A stretch of 64,000 nt of DNA from a virus (Duplodnaviria > Caudoviricetes). Under the pieces are notes generated by a model, which saw only the letters and a program-made list of their open reading frames with translations, was not told the origin of the DNA and did not search any database. Positions 46,586 to 55,773 of this stretch are shown piece after piece (the first letter of the stretch is position 1; the number at the start of each line of letters is the position of its first letter). The position numbers were made by a program, and so were the translations under genes. Location of the stretch: the IMG/VR virus record IMGVR_UViG_3300033074_001499, positions 20,315 through 84,314 of that record, one strand, 5' to 3'.

Positions 46586-46780
46586 TTAAACGCCATCTGG
46601 AAGGCAAATAAATGTGTTGTGTTGTTTTAGTCCTTCGATGTGGGGAATCTTAACACGTTCTCCAGCATTGATGCAAGCTTGTTCTGTAGTAAATCCAGGG
46701 ATAACAATTGAAGATTGCGAACTTTGATTATCCCAAGGGCTTACATTTAAGCTGATAATCAAAAGAGTGTAACTAATCAT
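46586..46780 (-). CDS. Small secreted/membrane protein
   Basis: GFTTEQACINAG, similar to 36865 gene motif. Confidence 0.65.
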   Translation of the reverse strand: MISYTLLIISLNVSPWDNQSSQSSIVIPGFTTEQACINAGERVKIPHIEGLKQHNTFICLPDGV

Positions 46781-47201
46781 TGTATTTCTCCACTTTCAAG
46801 TTTAATTTTTTAAGATTTTGCACACCATCAGTAAGTCTATATTCGTTTTTATAAACCACTTTGTCAATACCCGATGCAGCAATCATTTCAGAGCATTTCA
46901 AACATGGACTCAATGTAACGTAAAGTGTTCCTCCCACAACACTAACCCCTTCTTTAGCTGATTTCAAGATAGCATTGAGTTCTGCATGTAGTACATGTTC
47001 TTTGCTTACAAGATTACCATGCTCATCCACATATTCAAGCTCATTTTCACTCCGAGGGGCCATACCATTGCACCCACCAATCAAAACACCATGTTTTGTA
47101 ACAATGCAAGCACCAACTTTAGCTCTGACGCCTTTGCTTAGCTTTGAAAATGATTCTGCTACTTCCATGTATACTTTGTCAAGCTCTTTTTGACTGGCCA
47201 T
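46773..47201 (-). CDS. dCMP deaminase
   Basis: KVGACIV, LHAELNAIL, TLSPCLKC, VVYKNEY. Confidence 0.9.
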   Translation of the reverse strand: MASQKELDKVYMEVAESFSKLSKGVRAKVGACIVTKHGVLIGGCNGMAPRSENELEYVDEHGNLVSKEHVLHAELNAILKSAKEGVSVVGGTLYVTLSPCLKCSEMIAASGIDKVVYKNEYRLTDGVQNLKKLNLKVEKYND

Positions 47202-47420
47202 TTAAAAATCTACCAGATTTCCGTTGAAATCTTCAAGATTCACAACAATACTATTTTCTTTTAGAATACTCAAGGCGTGACTTTCTGACCAAACATCATG
47301 TGTAGAGATTTTATTTTCGTTCATAATTTCAAACAAATGATTTTCTACAAAACGTTTCGGAACTTCATTCAAAAACCACAGATCAGAAATTTCATCCCAT
47401 TTAATTGTATAAGTTTTCAT
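47202..47420 (-). CDS. Hypothetical protein
   Basis: ORF track. Confidence 0.65.
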   Translation of the reverse strand: MKTYTIKWDEISDLWFLNEVPKRFVENHLFEIMNENKISTHDVWSESHALSILKENSIVVNLEDFNGNLVDF

Positions 47421-47698
47421 TCAAAATCCTCCTGCTGAATGACATCATTTTTAAGAATATTCATCAAATCTTTAAAACTCACATTACTACTTGTATGAAT
47501 CTTTTTCAGATCACTCTCTTTAATCCAGAACTCTCCGTTGTGAGAGATAGCTTTGTCTTCTGTCAGGAAAGATACTTGATAACTCTTTACAACAGCTCCA
47601 CTAGGAAATGAAGATGTTTTTGAACGAATGATTTTCACTGGTGAATCCGATAGAAGAGCAATTTCATTGTAAGAAAAATAATGTTCAGACATTTTCAT
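47417..47698 (-). CDS. Hypothetical protein
   Basis: ORF track. Confidence 0.65.
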   Translation of the reverse strand: MKMSEHYFSYNEIALLSDSPVKIIRSKTSSFPSGAVVKSYQVSFLTEDKAISHNGEFWIKESDLKKIHTSSNVSFKDLMNILKNDVIQQEDFE

Positions 47699-48113
47699 CT
47701 CCTTTACTTGGAATATCTTTTTCTAAATAAACTCTGACAGCATAAGTTATTTGTCGTCTTGGACCATCATAGTAATCATGCACAATTCCGTCAATTATAG
47801 CAAAAGCATGCCCCCTGACAAGAACATAATACCTCCCCTTTGGATGATTTTTACAGAAATGGCTTACACAGATTCTGTTTGATGCTGAATAAGGTCCTTC
47901 TTTTACTTTAGCTTTTTTAACAGAATCAAAAGCTTTTTTAATTTGTTTTCGTGTCATGCCTTTTCTGTCGTATCTTCCAAATCGTTTCATGTAGAAATGT
48001 GCTTTTGCATATGGACAATCAAATACTCTAGCCCACGCTGTGACAGTACAATCATTGGTTTCACCAAATTGCTTTCTGACGCTATCGTATTCTGTATTTG
48101 CTATCCATTCCAT
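47685..48113 (-). CDS. Putative papain-fold (C39-like) peptidase
   Basis: NDCTV.A Cys and GHAFAIIDG..HD His/Asp pattern. Confidence 0.5.
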   Translation of the reverse strand: MEWIANTEYDSVRKQFGETNDCTVTAWARVFDCPYAKAHFYMKRFGRYDRKGMTRKQIKKAFDSVKKAKVKEGPYSASNRICVSHFCKNHPKGRYYVLVRGHAFAIIDGIVHDYYDGPRRQITYAVRVYLEKDIPSKGDENV

Positions 48114-48116
48114 ATT

Positions 48117-48389
48117 TTACCTCTTCTGTCCTCGTCTAGTGGAAGTTCCTTTACACGTGTAATTTCCAGACCCTTGACTTTGTTTAGCTGTTCTTACAGT
48201 GTATTTACCGTCGTAATATTCTTTTATATAATCAATAACTTTTTGCCTATCTTTTGTATTAAAAAACAAATAGTCTCCTGTAGCCAATTGAATATAGAAT
48301 TTTCCTTTCGCATTAAAAAGAAACGACCCACTTTCTTCATCATAGTATTCAATTTCATTTTCAGGTACAAGCGTGGTTTTGACTGTCAT
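48117..48389 (-). CDS. Hypothetical protein
   Basis: ORF track. Confidence 0.75.
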   Translation of the reverse strand: MTVKTTLVPENEIEYYDEESGSFLFNAKGKFYIQLATGDYLFFNTKDRQKVIDYIKEYYDGKYTVRTAKQSQGSGNYTCKGTSTRRGQKR

Positions 48390-48391
48390 AT

Positions 48392-49504
48392 TTATTCCTT
48401 AATAAATCCATAGTGAGTTAACTCAGCCTCTTCTCTCACAAACACAGCAAGTTCAAAATCTGTAGTAACAAAAATCCTTTTCTTTTTAATGCGCACATCC
48501 CAAACACCCGGTTTAATTTGATATACGCCAGTCCTTCCTGATTTATTTGTAACTCTTTTATTTTGATTAAACGCTTGGGTTACCCTGTCTGCCCAACAAC
48601 AATTTTCTTTGCAGTAATTACCATTCGGGTCTTTTCTTTCAAGAGTATATTCTGATGAAGGTTTAGGTCCCATATCAGCATAGAAAGCCATAAAATCTTC
48701 TTCCCACTCTTTGCTCATAGATATTCCTCTTCCGCCATATCTATCATATGAGCCTGAATTAGAATTTTTTACTCGCGTTTTAGCGGCCTGCCAAGAAATA
48801 TATTCGGGTGTTCCTGTCATCTCATGTTTTAAGTTTCTCTCAGCCGAGTTTTCGGCGTGGAAACAACCACAACTTTGAGTATGTCCTGTGGACAATTCAT
48901 TGTAGGATGTTTCAACAACATTACCGCAATCACATTTGCATACCCATCGGATTCTAGAGTCCCCATGTTTATCTTTGATTCTTTTCTTGTCTACAACGAG
49001 AAGTCTATTGAATTTTTGACCAAAAATATTATTACTTTCAGCGTAAACCCATTCTAGATTTTCAGCTTTATTGTTATTCTTATCTCCATCCTTGTGTATG
49101 ACGTAGGGCTTATTTTCAGGATTTGGAATAAACTTTTCTGCAACCAGCCTGTGAAGTTTAGATGTTTTACCAATCATCCCACATTTCACCATCAAAAATC
49201 CTTGAGCATCTGGCACAGCTTTTAATTCTTTACCCCAACGCATGCTTAAGATTGAACCTTGGTCTGAAATACAATACTTCTTCTCTTCGTCCAACCACTC
49301 CCAATTACCAGAAGGTAACTTAATATTTTTATTGTAGCAAGTTTCACAGTGGAAAGATTTTGATGCTCCTTTCAAAACAATAGGAATTTGTCTCTTATCT
49401 ATATCAAAAGATTTACCGCAATCGCAGTGACCCTCTACACGGTATTTTCTTCCCCTGAGATATTTTCTTGAAACTGTCAACCATTGAAATTTTTCCTCAT
49501 TCAT
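48392..49504 (-). CDS. Tandem two-nuclease-domain HNH homing endonuclease
   Basis: HRLVAEKFIPNP..KPYVIHKDGDKNNN..NLEW plus second LERKDPNGNYCKENCCWA domain. Confidence 0.85.
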   Translation of the reverse strand: MNEEKFQWLTVSRKYLRGRKYRVEGHCDCGKSFDIDKRQIPIVLKGASKSFHCETCYNKNIKLPSGNWEWLDEEKKYCISDQGSILSMRWGKELKAVPDAQGFLMVKCGMIGKTSKLHRLVAEKFIPNPENKPYVIHKDGDKNNNKAENLEWVYAESNNIFGQKFNRLLVVDKKRIKDKHGDSRIRWVCKCDCGNVVETSYNELSTGHTQSCGCFHAENSAERNLKHEMTGTPEYISWQAAKTRVKNSNSGSYDRYGGRGISMSKEWEEDFMAFYADMGPKPSSEYTLERKDPNGNYCKENCCWADRVTQAFNQNKRVTNKSGRTGVYQIKPGVWDVRIKKKRIFVTTDFELAVFVREEAELTHYGFIKE

Positions 49505-49658
49505 ATTCCAGTTCTTCTTTAATTGCCCAGTAAGTTTCGCCTAGCATTGCTTCTTGTTGTGTATTGTTCCAGCTTTTAATTTCATCAAAATCATCCATCA
49601 CTTCAACAATCTCCGCTTCAATATAACTTTCTAGTCGTTTACCAATCATTTCATCTCC

Positions 49659-49967
49659 TTATAGCACAGGAATAGGGAATGGAGCAAAACTAACAAAATC
49701 TTCTGAATACCCTTCTTCAATTTTGTAGCGAATGTAATAGGATTCTAGACGATTCTCTTTTGGTTTGCAAGAAAATTGTGCATAAATGAAATCTCCAATC
49801 TTCACAGCAGCAAGAGAACGAGATGTTTCCCAATTACGAGTAATATAACAGAAACCAGCTTTGTCCAGATTTTGATCTAAAATACGATTGAATTTATTTG
49901 GCGAAATAACATGTTTGTATTGATGATTTTTATTCTTACGTTTCATTGATTTTCCTCCATTACTCAT
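49659..49967 (-). CDS. Hypothetical protein
   Basis: ORF track. Confidence 0.65.
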   Translation of the reverse strand: MSNGGKSMKRKNKNHQYKHVISPNKFNRILDQNLDKAGFCYITRNWETSRSLAAVKIGDFIYAQFSCKPKENRLESYYIRYKIEEGYSEDFVSFAPFPIPVL

Positions 49968-51262
49968 CGGTCGTTCTCCCGAGGAAATGACTTACACGGA
50001 CCGAAGAGCCCGCAGACAGCACAGGTACGCGGATAGGGCTTTCCCTCAGCCATGAGCACGCGCTGACACGTTTTGCCCACAAACTCAACTGTGTGCGGTT
50101 GCTGGACAGTCTGCTGCTGTTCGGATGCAGGCGGGACTGGTGCGATCAACACTTTATCTTCATCAGAGAGCAGCGGGCCAATGCATCGCCAGCCGTGCAT
50201 CTTGACGGACTGCAAGCTGCCGATCTTCAGAGGGCCTGGCTGCCCCACTTCGAAATCGACAGGTGAAGAGCCGTCGGCATTCTTGCCGATGAAAACGCAG
50301 TGCTGAATGTCGATTCTTGGGACGGCCAGTTCGTTGGTGCGCGAGACTGTTTTTAGCATTGCAGCTACTCGATCCCGCATCGACTCACCGTTGACCACAA
50401 CGCAGTTCATCCCGCAGCGCAGAAGGTCAGATAGAAGCTCTTCCAGCCCATGCGGCACCCCAGCAGCAGGCGGGGCTGCAGTTGCGTGATCGGCAAACGT
50501 CATAGGCATGCCGAGTGACACGGCGATGCTGCGCTCTAGCAGGGCGCCTTTGCTTTTTTCCCAACCAGGCAGGAAGTGGACGGATTCGCACCGCGAGAGT
50601 TGAGCGATGTCATAACGCAAGTAATCGCACCACCCTGCGCCATCTACGATGCCATGATCTGCGGGATTGACTACATCAAAGCCAACGCTACGAAGCCGTG
50701 CAGCCTCTGCATTAAATGCAGGAAAATTGAACTCAGCGTATCCAGTCATTGGGCCCGCCAGATAAACGCGATTGCGACGGCTATCTGCAAGTTGAATCTG
50801 TTGTGCAGCAGCAGGCGGGGCGGAGAGCGCGGCGTCACGCTCTTGCTCGGCCGTGGCACACGCAACAGCAACTTCGTGCAGGCGGCTATTAGCGCAGGAG
50901 ACTTCAGTGCGCAGGCCGGCCACGATGCGCTGATGCTGGGCGACGGTCATCAGGGGTTCACTGCAGCACACATCCTGGGCTGCCTTCACTACGCAGGATG
51001 TGTGGCCGTGGCGACGCATGAGGTTCAGATCGCTGGGGTCAGCCCACGCCACCACCTCCACCTCTTCCCCATCCACGATATGGGCAGGGGATTTGAATAG
51101 TGGATCAGAATCAATAAAAACTTCATCAGGAATATTTTCCCAATTTCGTCGTAGAACCTCAAACTCACCTTCATTCCATAGATTCAGAAACAAAATTGAA
51201 TCAGAGTCATCATCACATTTCTCAAGTGCATATTTAATTGCTGCTACTGCTGAATCATTCAT
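49964..51262 (-). CDS. Mosaic protein with DUF4406 (nucleoside deoxyribosyltransferase-like) domain, GC-rich
   Basis: RVYLAGPMTG...NFPAFN.EA...NPA...DI..L..C....LPGWEKSKGA.LE; start 51262 (AAGGAG RBS). Confidence 0.82.
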   Translation of the reverse strand: MNDSAVAAIKYALEKCDDDSDSILFLNLWNEGEFEVLRRNWENIPDEVFIDSDPLFKSPAHIVDGEEVEVVAWADPSDLNLMRRHGHTSCVVKAAQDVCCSEPLMTVAQHQRIVAGLRTEVSCANSRLHEVAVACATAEQERDAALSAPPAAAQQIQLADSRRNRVYLAGPMTGYAEFNFPAFNAEAARLRSVGFDVVNPADHGIVDGAGWCDYLRYDIAQLSRCESVHFLPGWEKSKGALLERSIAVSLGMPMTFADHATAAPPAAGVPHGLEELLSDLLRCGMNCVVVNGESMRDRVAAMLKTVSRTNELAVPRIDIQHCVFIGKNADGSSPVDFEVGQPGPLKIGSLQSVKMHGWRCIGPLLSDEDKVLIAPVPPASEQQQTVQQPHTVEFVGKTCQRVLMAEGKPYPRTCAVCGLFGPCKSFPRENDR

Positions 51263-51986
51263 TTGTAATCTCCTTTTTACATTGTTTCGGGATAAGATCA
51301 TATTTCTTTTTAATTTCAGCTACACCTTTCTTGATTCCATTTTGCACAGCTTGTTCGATTTCGTCAAGCAGATTAAATTGTTCTTCTGGTTCTTCATTCT
51401 CTTCTTGGCTACTTTCAACCAAAGCTTGTCGATAATCATACATTTTCTCAAGACGTTCTGCAAGCTGGTCAGCATCAAAATAAAACGGAGTGCCTTTGAT
51501 AACGTCCTCCAGATCATCTTGACTCAGGAAACCACTATACACATCTTCATACAATTTACGAAGCTGTTTTCGTGAGAAATTGGCATGTTCATAAATATCT
51601 GTATCTTTTGCCATCAAACCATATGTGCTCGTGTGGATCATCAGATTTGATGTGTCATCTAGGACATGTTCCCGACACGACAAAGCAAGAATACTGCCAG
51701 CAGAGCTACAAGCAGGTCCAATAATTGCTACAGTGTGGGCGGGAGTATTGAACAATGCACGTTTAAAAAGCATTGCCGTATCTAGCACACCACCATCTGT
51801 ACAAATATCAAGCACAATTGTGTCCATTTCCGATGCAGTATTAATCAAATTCAGTTCATCAAGATAATCCCCAGGATTACCAATATCTTCATAAATCTGA
51901 ATAACATGCGTATTTGCTACTGTTTGATTAGTTGAAATACGTGATGGTTTTTGCATCAGGGGAATTAGGTTATCATCATTTCGCAT
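51255..51986 (-). CDS. ClpP-family serine protease
   Basis: ICTDGG, ACSAGS (Ser), LMIH (His). Confidence 0.85.
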   Translation of the reverse strand: MRNDDNLIPLMQKPSRISTNQTVANTHVIQIYEDIGNPGDYLDELNLINTASEMDTIVLDICTDGGVLDTAMLFKRALFNTPAHTVAIIGPACSSAGSILALSCREHVLDDTSNLMIHTSTYGLMAKDTDIYEHANFSRKQLRKLYEDVYSGFLSQDDLEDVIKGTPFYFDADQLAERLEKMYDYRQALVESSQEENEEPEEQFNLLDEIEQAVQNGIKKGVAEIKKKYDLIPKQCKKEITNE

Positions 51987-52811
51987 TTAAATCTCCTTAA
52001 TATTTTCAGCAGAACCTTCTTTTTCAAAAATCTCAACAAATGCTCTCGTCAAACCTGATCGTACAATGTCTGCTGGGGTAAATTCAATCACAGAGCAGTT
52101 TGGAAGACTGTGTTTTTTAATGAGATTTGCAAGGTATACAATACCAGAAACACCTTTCACGTCTCGTTGTTTATCATCCCCGCAAAATGCTACCTGACTT
52201 CCTTCTTCCAGTCGAGTGACAATTGAACGAACCTCTTCAACTGACAAATTTTGTGATTCATCAAGAATCAAAAATGTTCCTGAAGGGAAAGACATACCAC
52301 GAATAGCCTCTAGTGGTTGGATTTTAATTGTTTTACTAAATTCTGCTTGATATCGATGATCCCCAATTCGTTCTTTAATTACATTGAGAATTGGTGCAAC
52401 ATACGGAGCGAGTTTTTCTTCAACGCTCCCAGGCCAGAAGCCTGTGCTTTTTCCCATCGGTACATAAGCCCTGGCAACAATGATTTGTTTAATTTCACCT
52501 TTCAAATACTTATTTGCAGCTACAGCCGCTGCACACCAAGTTTTTCCGCTTCCGGCACTTCCTTTCCCAACACTAACAGTATCGAATTGAAGACTGTGTA
52601 GATATTTTTTCTGATTTTCATTCTTCGCAATAATTGGTTTTGCTTTATGTTCTTCTGCAAATTTCTCTTTAACTTCAGGTTTCACCCCACCATTACGAGT
52701 TTTACGAGTGCGTTTACGTGGCACTTCAACTTCCATGCCATCTACTTCAAGCTTGATCATTCGTTGCCGAGCACCCATATTAAATTCCTTCTGCTTTTTT
52801 AATAATTTCAA
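51987..52811 (-). CDS. phoH: PhoH-like ATPase
   Basis: GSAGSGKT, IRGMSF, LILDESQN, GDDKQRD, IVRSGL. Confidence 0.93.
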   Translation of the reverse strand: MKLLKKQKEFNMGARQRMIKLEVDGMEVEVPRKRTRKTRNGGVKPEVKEKFAEEHKAKPIIAKNENQKKYLHSLQFDTVSVGKGSAGSGKTWCAAAVAANKYLKGEIKQIIVARAYVPMGKSTGFWPGSVEEKLAPYVAPILNVIKERIGDHRYQAEFSKTIKIQPLEAIRGMSFPSGTFLILDESQNLSVEEVRSIVTRLEEGSQVAFCGDDKQRDVKGVSGIVYLANLIKKHSLPNCSVIEFTPADIVRSGLTRAFVEIFEKEGSAENIKEI

Positions 52812-52977
52812 AAACTTGCTTCACATAATCAGGAACATCATATTCTTCAATTTCAAAAATTTCTGATGCCGTATCATTAATAACATTTTTATCATAGTAT
52901 TTAAGTGTAACGAGGTCTTGAATATATCCCGAAGTGACAAAACCAGTAGTTACAAAAAACTCAATTTTATTTTTCAA
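52780..52977 (-). CDS. Hypothetical protein
   Basis: ORF track. Confidence 0.65.
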   Translation of the reverse strand: MKNKIEFFVTTGFVTSGYIQDLVTLKYYDKNVINDTASEIFEIEEYDVPDYVKQVFEIIKKAEGI

Positions 52978-53291
52978 TTCAAAACTCCTTTTTCTATAGA
53001 AAACATTTCAATGTAAGGGAGAATCACTTCGCTCATATTGAAATACAGATTTTCAACAGCTTTTTGATATTTCTTATAATCTTCAGAATTATAAAAATCA
53101 TCCACAGCTTTCATACTCTCTTCTGTAGCTTCTTTCTTAAAATTCTTCAGAAGTTTTTCGGCTTCTTTTTCAAAACTCTTTCCATCCACCAAAGCTACAG
53201 CTTGATTATATTCTTCATCATCTTGCACTACAACAGCCGCTGCATGTTTAAGGGCATTTTTAATGGCCAACTCTACCTGTTCAGAATTCAT
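52974..53291 (-). CDS. Hypothetical protein
   Basis: ORF track. Confidence 0.7.
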   Translation of the reverse strand: MNSEQVELAIKNALKHAAAVVVQDDEEYNQAVALVDGKSFEKEAEKLLKNFKKEATEESMKAVDDFYNSEDYKKYQKAVENLYFNMSEVILPYIEMFSIEKGVLN

Positions 53292-53779
53292 TAGTTTTCT
53301 CCATTAGTTTTTAAGATAGCTTGAGTCATCACTTCACGGGAGCGATTGAAACAATCAAGAGATTTTCCAACTTCTTTCAATTCTTCATAGCTCATGTTCT
53401 CTAGCTGTTCACGAGTGTACTTGATATTTGAAGGATGGTCAAGATTGACAAATTCACAGGTTTTAAAATTCATAAAATTATAATTCAAGCTATCATAATC
53501 TGGTGAATAACCCTGAACAACAAACTGTTGAAATTTCTTTACAAAATCATATTTATCTCGTTCGGAAATAACCACTGTAACTTCTTTGTTATAATCAATT
53601 GTATCAAGTTGCTCTACAGAGTATACATCCAGTTGTAGCATCCCTGTTGACCATTCTGTGATGTCTGATTTTTTATCAATAAAACGATAACCTTGTTTGA
53701 TAGCATTTTCAAACTCTGAAAACACATTAACAGGGTTGGACCCAATAATTAATTTTTCCATTTCACTTCTCCTTATCAC
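53291..53779 (-). CDS. Hypothetical protein with C-terminal HeH/Rho-N-like motif
   Basis: YTREQLENMSYEELKEVGKSL. Confidence 0.7.
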   Translation of the reverse strand: MIRRSEMEKLIIGSNPVNVFSEFENAIKQGYRFIDKKSDITEWSTGMLQLDVYSVEQLDTIDYNKEVTVVISERDKYDFVKKFQQFVVQGYSPDYDSLNYNFMNFKTCEFVNLDHPSNIKYTREQLENMSYEELKEVGKSLDCFNRSREVMTQAILKTNGEN

Positions 53780-53969
53780 TCAGTAGAAAATCTGCAATCC
53801 CAACCATTAGCCAAACAGGCCAAAATAGTGAAACAACCCATACAATTATCGAAGCAATAGCACCCTGTTTATCTGTTTTTCGTTTAACCATATCTGCAAC
53901 CACAGCTTTACTAAATTTATGCGTAATCAGTAGATACAAAGCCGTTAAAACGATGTATACTATAGTCAT
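53763..53969 (-). CDS. Two-helix membrane protein
   Basis: Hydrophobic segments, SLFWPVWL. Confidence 0.7.
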   Translation of the reverse strand: MTIVYIVLTALYLLITHKFSKAVVADMVKRKTDKQGAIASIIVWVVSLFWPVWLMVGIADFLLSDKEK

Positions 53970-53975
53970 TATTTA

Positions 53976-54188
53976 CTATTCCTTATTTATCATTAGAAGA
54001 TATTCAAGATATTCACAATGAGCTTTGTAAGCTACATTCTCTTCTTCCAACTCTTCAATATATTCTTTTAGAGATTTAATTTCTAGTTCCATAGCTGCAC
54101 ATTTCAAACGAGCTTTATCTCCTTTCTCTGCTGCGTCAAGAGCTAGTGCCAATTCGTTTTCTAGAATTTGCTTTTCAATATCATTCAT
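53976..54188 (-). CDS. Coiled-coil hypothetical protein
   Basis: AGGAG RBS. Confidence 0.7.
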   Translation of the reverse strand: MNDIEKQILENELALALDAAEKGDKARLKCAAMELEIKSLKEYIEELEEENVAYKAHCEYLEYLLMINKE

Positions 54189-54337
54189 TTAAAATCTCCT
54201 TTCAATTTATCAATCGCTTCTTCAACAACCACACCAGCAATGTACAGCTTCATAATATGCTTCGATTGTTGATCAGTCAAGGTGTGAACAGAAAAATGTG
54301 TCTTCACTTCATCACAATATTTTTGGAAAGAAATCAT
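54185..54337 (-). CDS. Small hypothetical protein (50 aa)
   Basis: Hand-translated MISFQKYCDEVKTHFSVHTLTDQQSKHIMKLY... Confidence 0.6.
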   Translation of the reverse strand: MISFQKYCDEVKTHFSVHTLTDQQSKHIMKLYIAGVVVEEAIDKLKGDFK

Positions 54338-54553
54338 TTTTGTAGCCATTTTGGATTCCTCCTTTGTTTACGTTCTCTCATTGTACCACAAATTTCTACA
54401 AGGTCAACACACCATATCAAAAATATTTTTAACGAAGAGCTTGCAAAATTTTCAATACATGATATAATATGGCACATATGTAGAGAAATCTCTACTCGGG
54501 ATGTGTTGGGGGCTAACTGTAACGGGCGATTCATCCTTAAAGCAAACCAGGAA

Positions 54554-54836
54554 GTCAGTATATTGCAAACACCAGTCGAAAGAAAGGGGTGTTTCTGACA
54601 GCGAGTAAGATCGTATAAAAGCCTTTCAAGTAGAGTAATCTTACCAAACCTCTACCCGCCACAAGCTGTACCTACCAGACTTGTGTGAATCTTCTTGTCT
54701 CAATCGGAATGGCCTTTTGGTTTTTGTAGGTTGATGAGGTTGGAGATTCAGGATAAGACCGAATCCTTCGTCTTAGGCACAATTCTGTGTATGGCGAGGG
54801 CTTAGGAGTAATCTATCCTGAATTTCTGAACTCATC
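54554..54836 (+). ncRNA. Candidate pseudoknotted structured RNA
   Basis: Nested stems, GNRA loop, two 6-bp loop-distal pairings, 13-bp stem with G-U pairs favouring + strand. Confidence 0.6.
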
Positions 54837-54874
54837 GGAATGTATAACTATTAGATACTAAATTAGGAGAAAGT

Positions 54875-55420
54875 ATGAAATTTAAAGAGTACATGGAAAA
54901 CAGAGGTAACAATGGAATTTCTATTTTCGAATGTAAAGTGTTCGGTATAGAGAAGAGTAAAGGTTGGAAAGAGAGATATGCTGATCTAGAAATTACACAA
55001 AGTCAAATTAACAAAATAGTAACTTTTATGGATAAAAAGATCACAGCAAGTCCAAAAGTAAAAGGCAATATACGTTCTCTTCAAAAAAGAGAATACGTTG
55101 AGTGGGAAGGTAAATACTTATATCTGATGAAAAATGAAATTGGTAGGTTGAAAATTGGAATAAGTGAAGACCCGATTAAAAGATCAAGAGATATTACAAA
55201 TGCTGGTGGCATTTTAACTCAGTGTATTGCTTATTGGAAAGTCTCTAAATTAACCAAGGATGTAGAATCTTTCTTGCTTAAAAAATGGTATGAACATAAA
55301 ACTTATGGTGAATGGTTTGTATCAAATGCTTTCTCTATAAAAGACATAGAGTCGTCAATGCCTTGTGATTTTGAGAGATTGTTCTATAACGAAGAATGGG
55401 ATTGTTCCGTTTTTTACTAG
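54875..55420 (+). CDS. GIY-YIG (T5orf172-like) nuclease-domain protein
   Basis: YLYLM...LKIGISEDP.KR...E...GEWF. Confidence 0.8.
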   Translation: MKFKEYMENRGNNGISIFECKVFGIEKSKGWKERYADLEITQSQINKIVTFMDKKITASPKVKGNIRSLQKREYVEWEGKYLYLMKNEIGRLKIGISEDPIKRSRDITNAGGILTQCIAYWKVSKLTKDVESFLLKKWYEHKTYGEWFVSNAFSIKDIESSMPCDFERLFYNEEWDCSVFY

Positions 55421-55525
55421 ATATTATCAATAAATAATTTCAACACATATTGACTTTCACTAATATAAATATGTAATAATACACTTAATGACCAGAAAAA
55501 CAATAACAAACAGGAATTTAAGTGT

Positions 55526-55735
55526 ATGAAATGTTTAGCTTGTGACTGCTTCCTTAGAGAATCAGAATTGAATATGAAAAAAGAAGATGGTAGTTTTGAA
55601 GATATGTGTACGGATTGTCGTAGAATTTCATACGGATATGAGTACATGGAAATCAAAGAATATCAATTCCAACATCTAACAGAGATGATCCAAAACTACT
55701 TTTATATGAAAAATATTCAATCAGAATACGATTAA
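55526..55735 (+). CDS. Small zinc-finger protein
   Basis: MKCLACD...DMCTDC. Confidence 0.75.
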   Translation: MKCLACDCFLRESELNMKKEDGSFEDMCTDCRRISYGYEYMEIKEYQFQHLTEMIQNYFYMKNIQSEYD

Positions 55736-55737
55736 AC

Positions 55738-55767
55738 TTGACAAATACTAATAATATAGTATATACT
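55738..55767 (+). promoter_or_regulatory. Sigma70 promoter
   Basis: TTGACA-N18-TATACT. Confidence 0.7.
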
Positions 55768-55773
55768 ATAGCT

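Noticed and set aside
54334-54534. ORF 54334..54534 as annotated
   Set aside because: TTG start with weak RBS; only the 3' part may code, so not called.
54780-54840. Hammerhead or pistol ribozyme (CCGATGAG, TAAGCCCT on minus strand)
   Set aside because: Remaining conserved cores (GAAA/UH, pistol P1-P3) not found in the right spacing.
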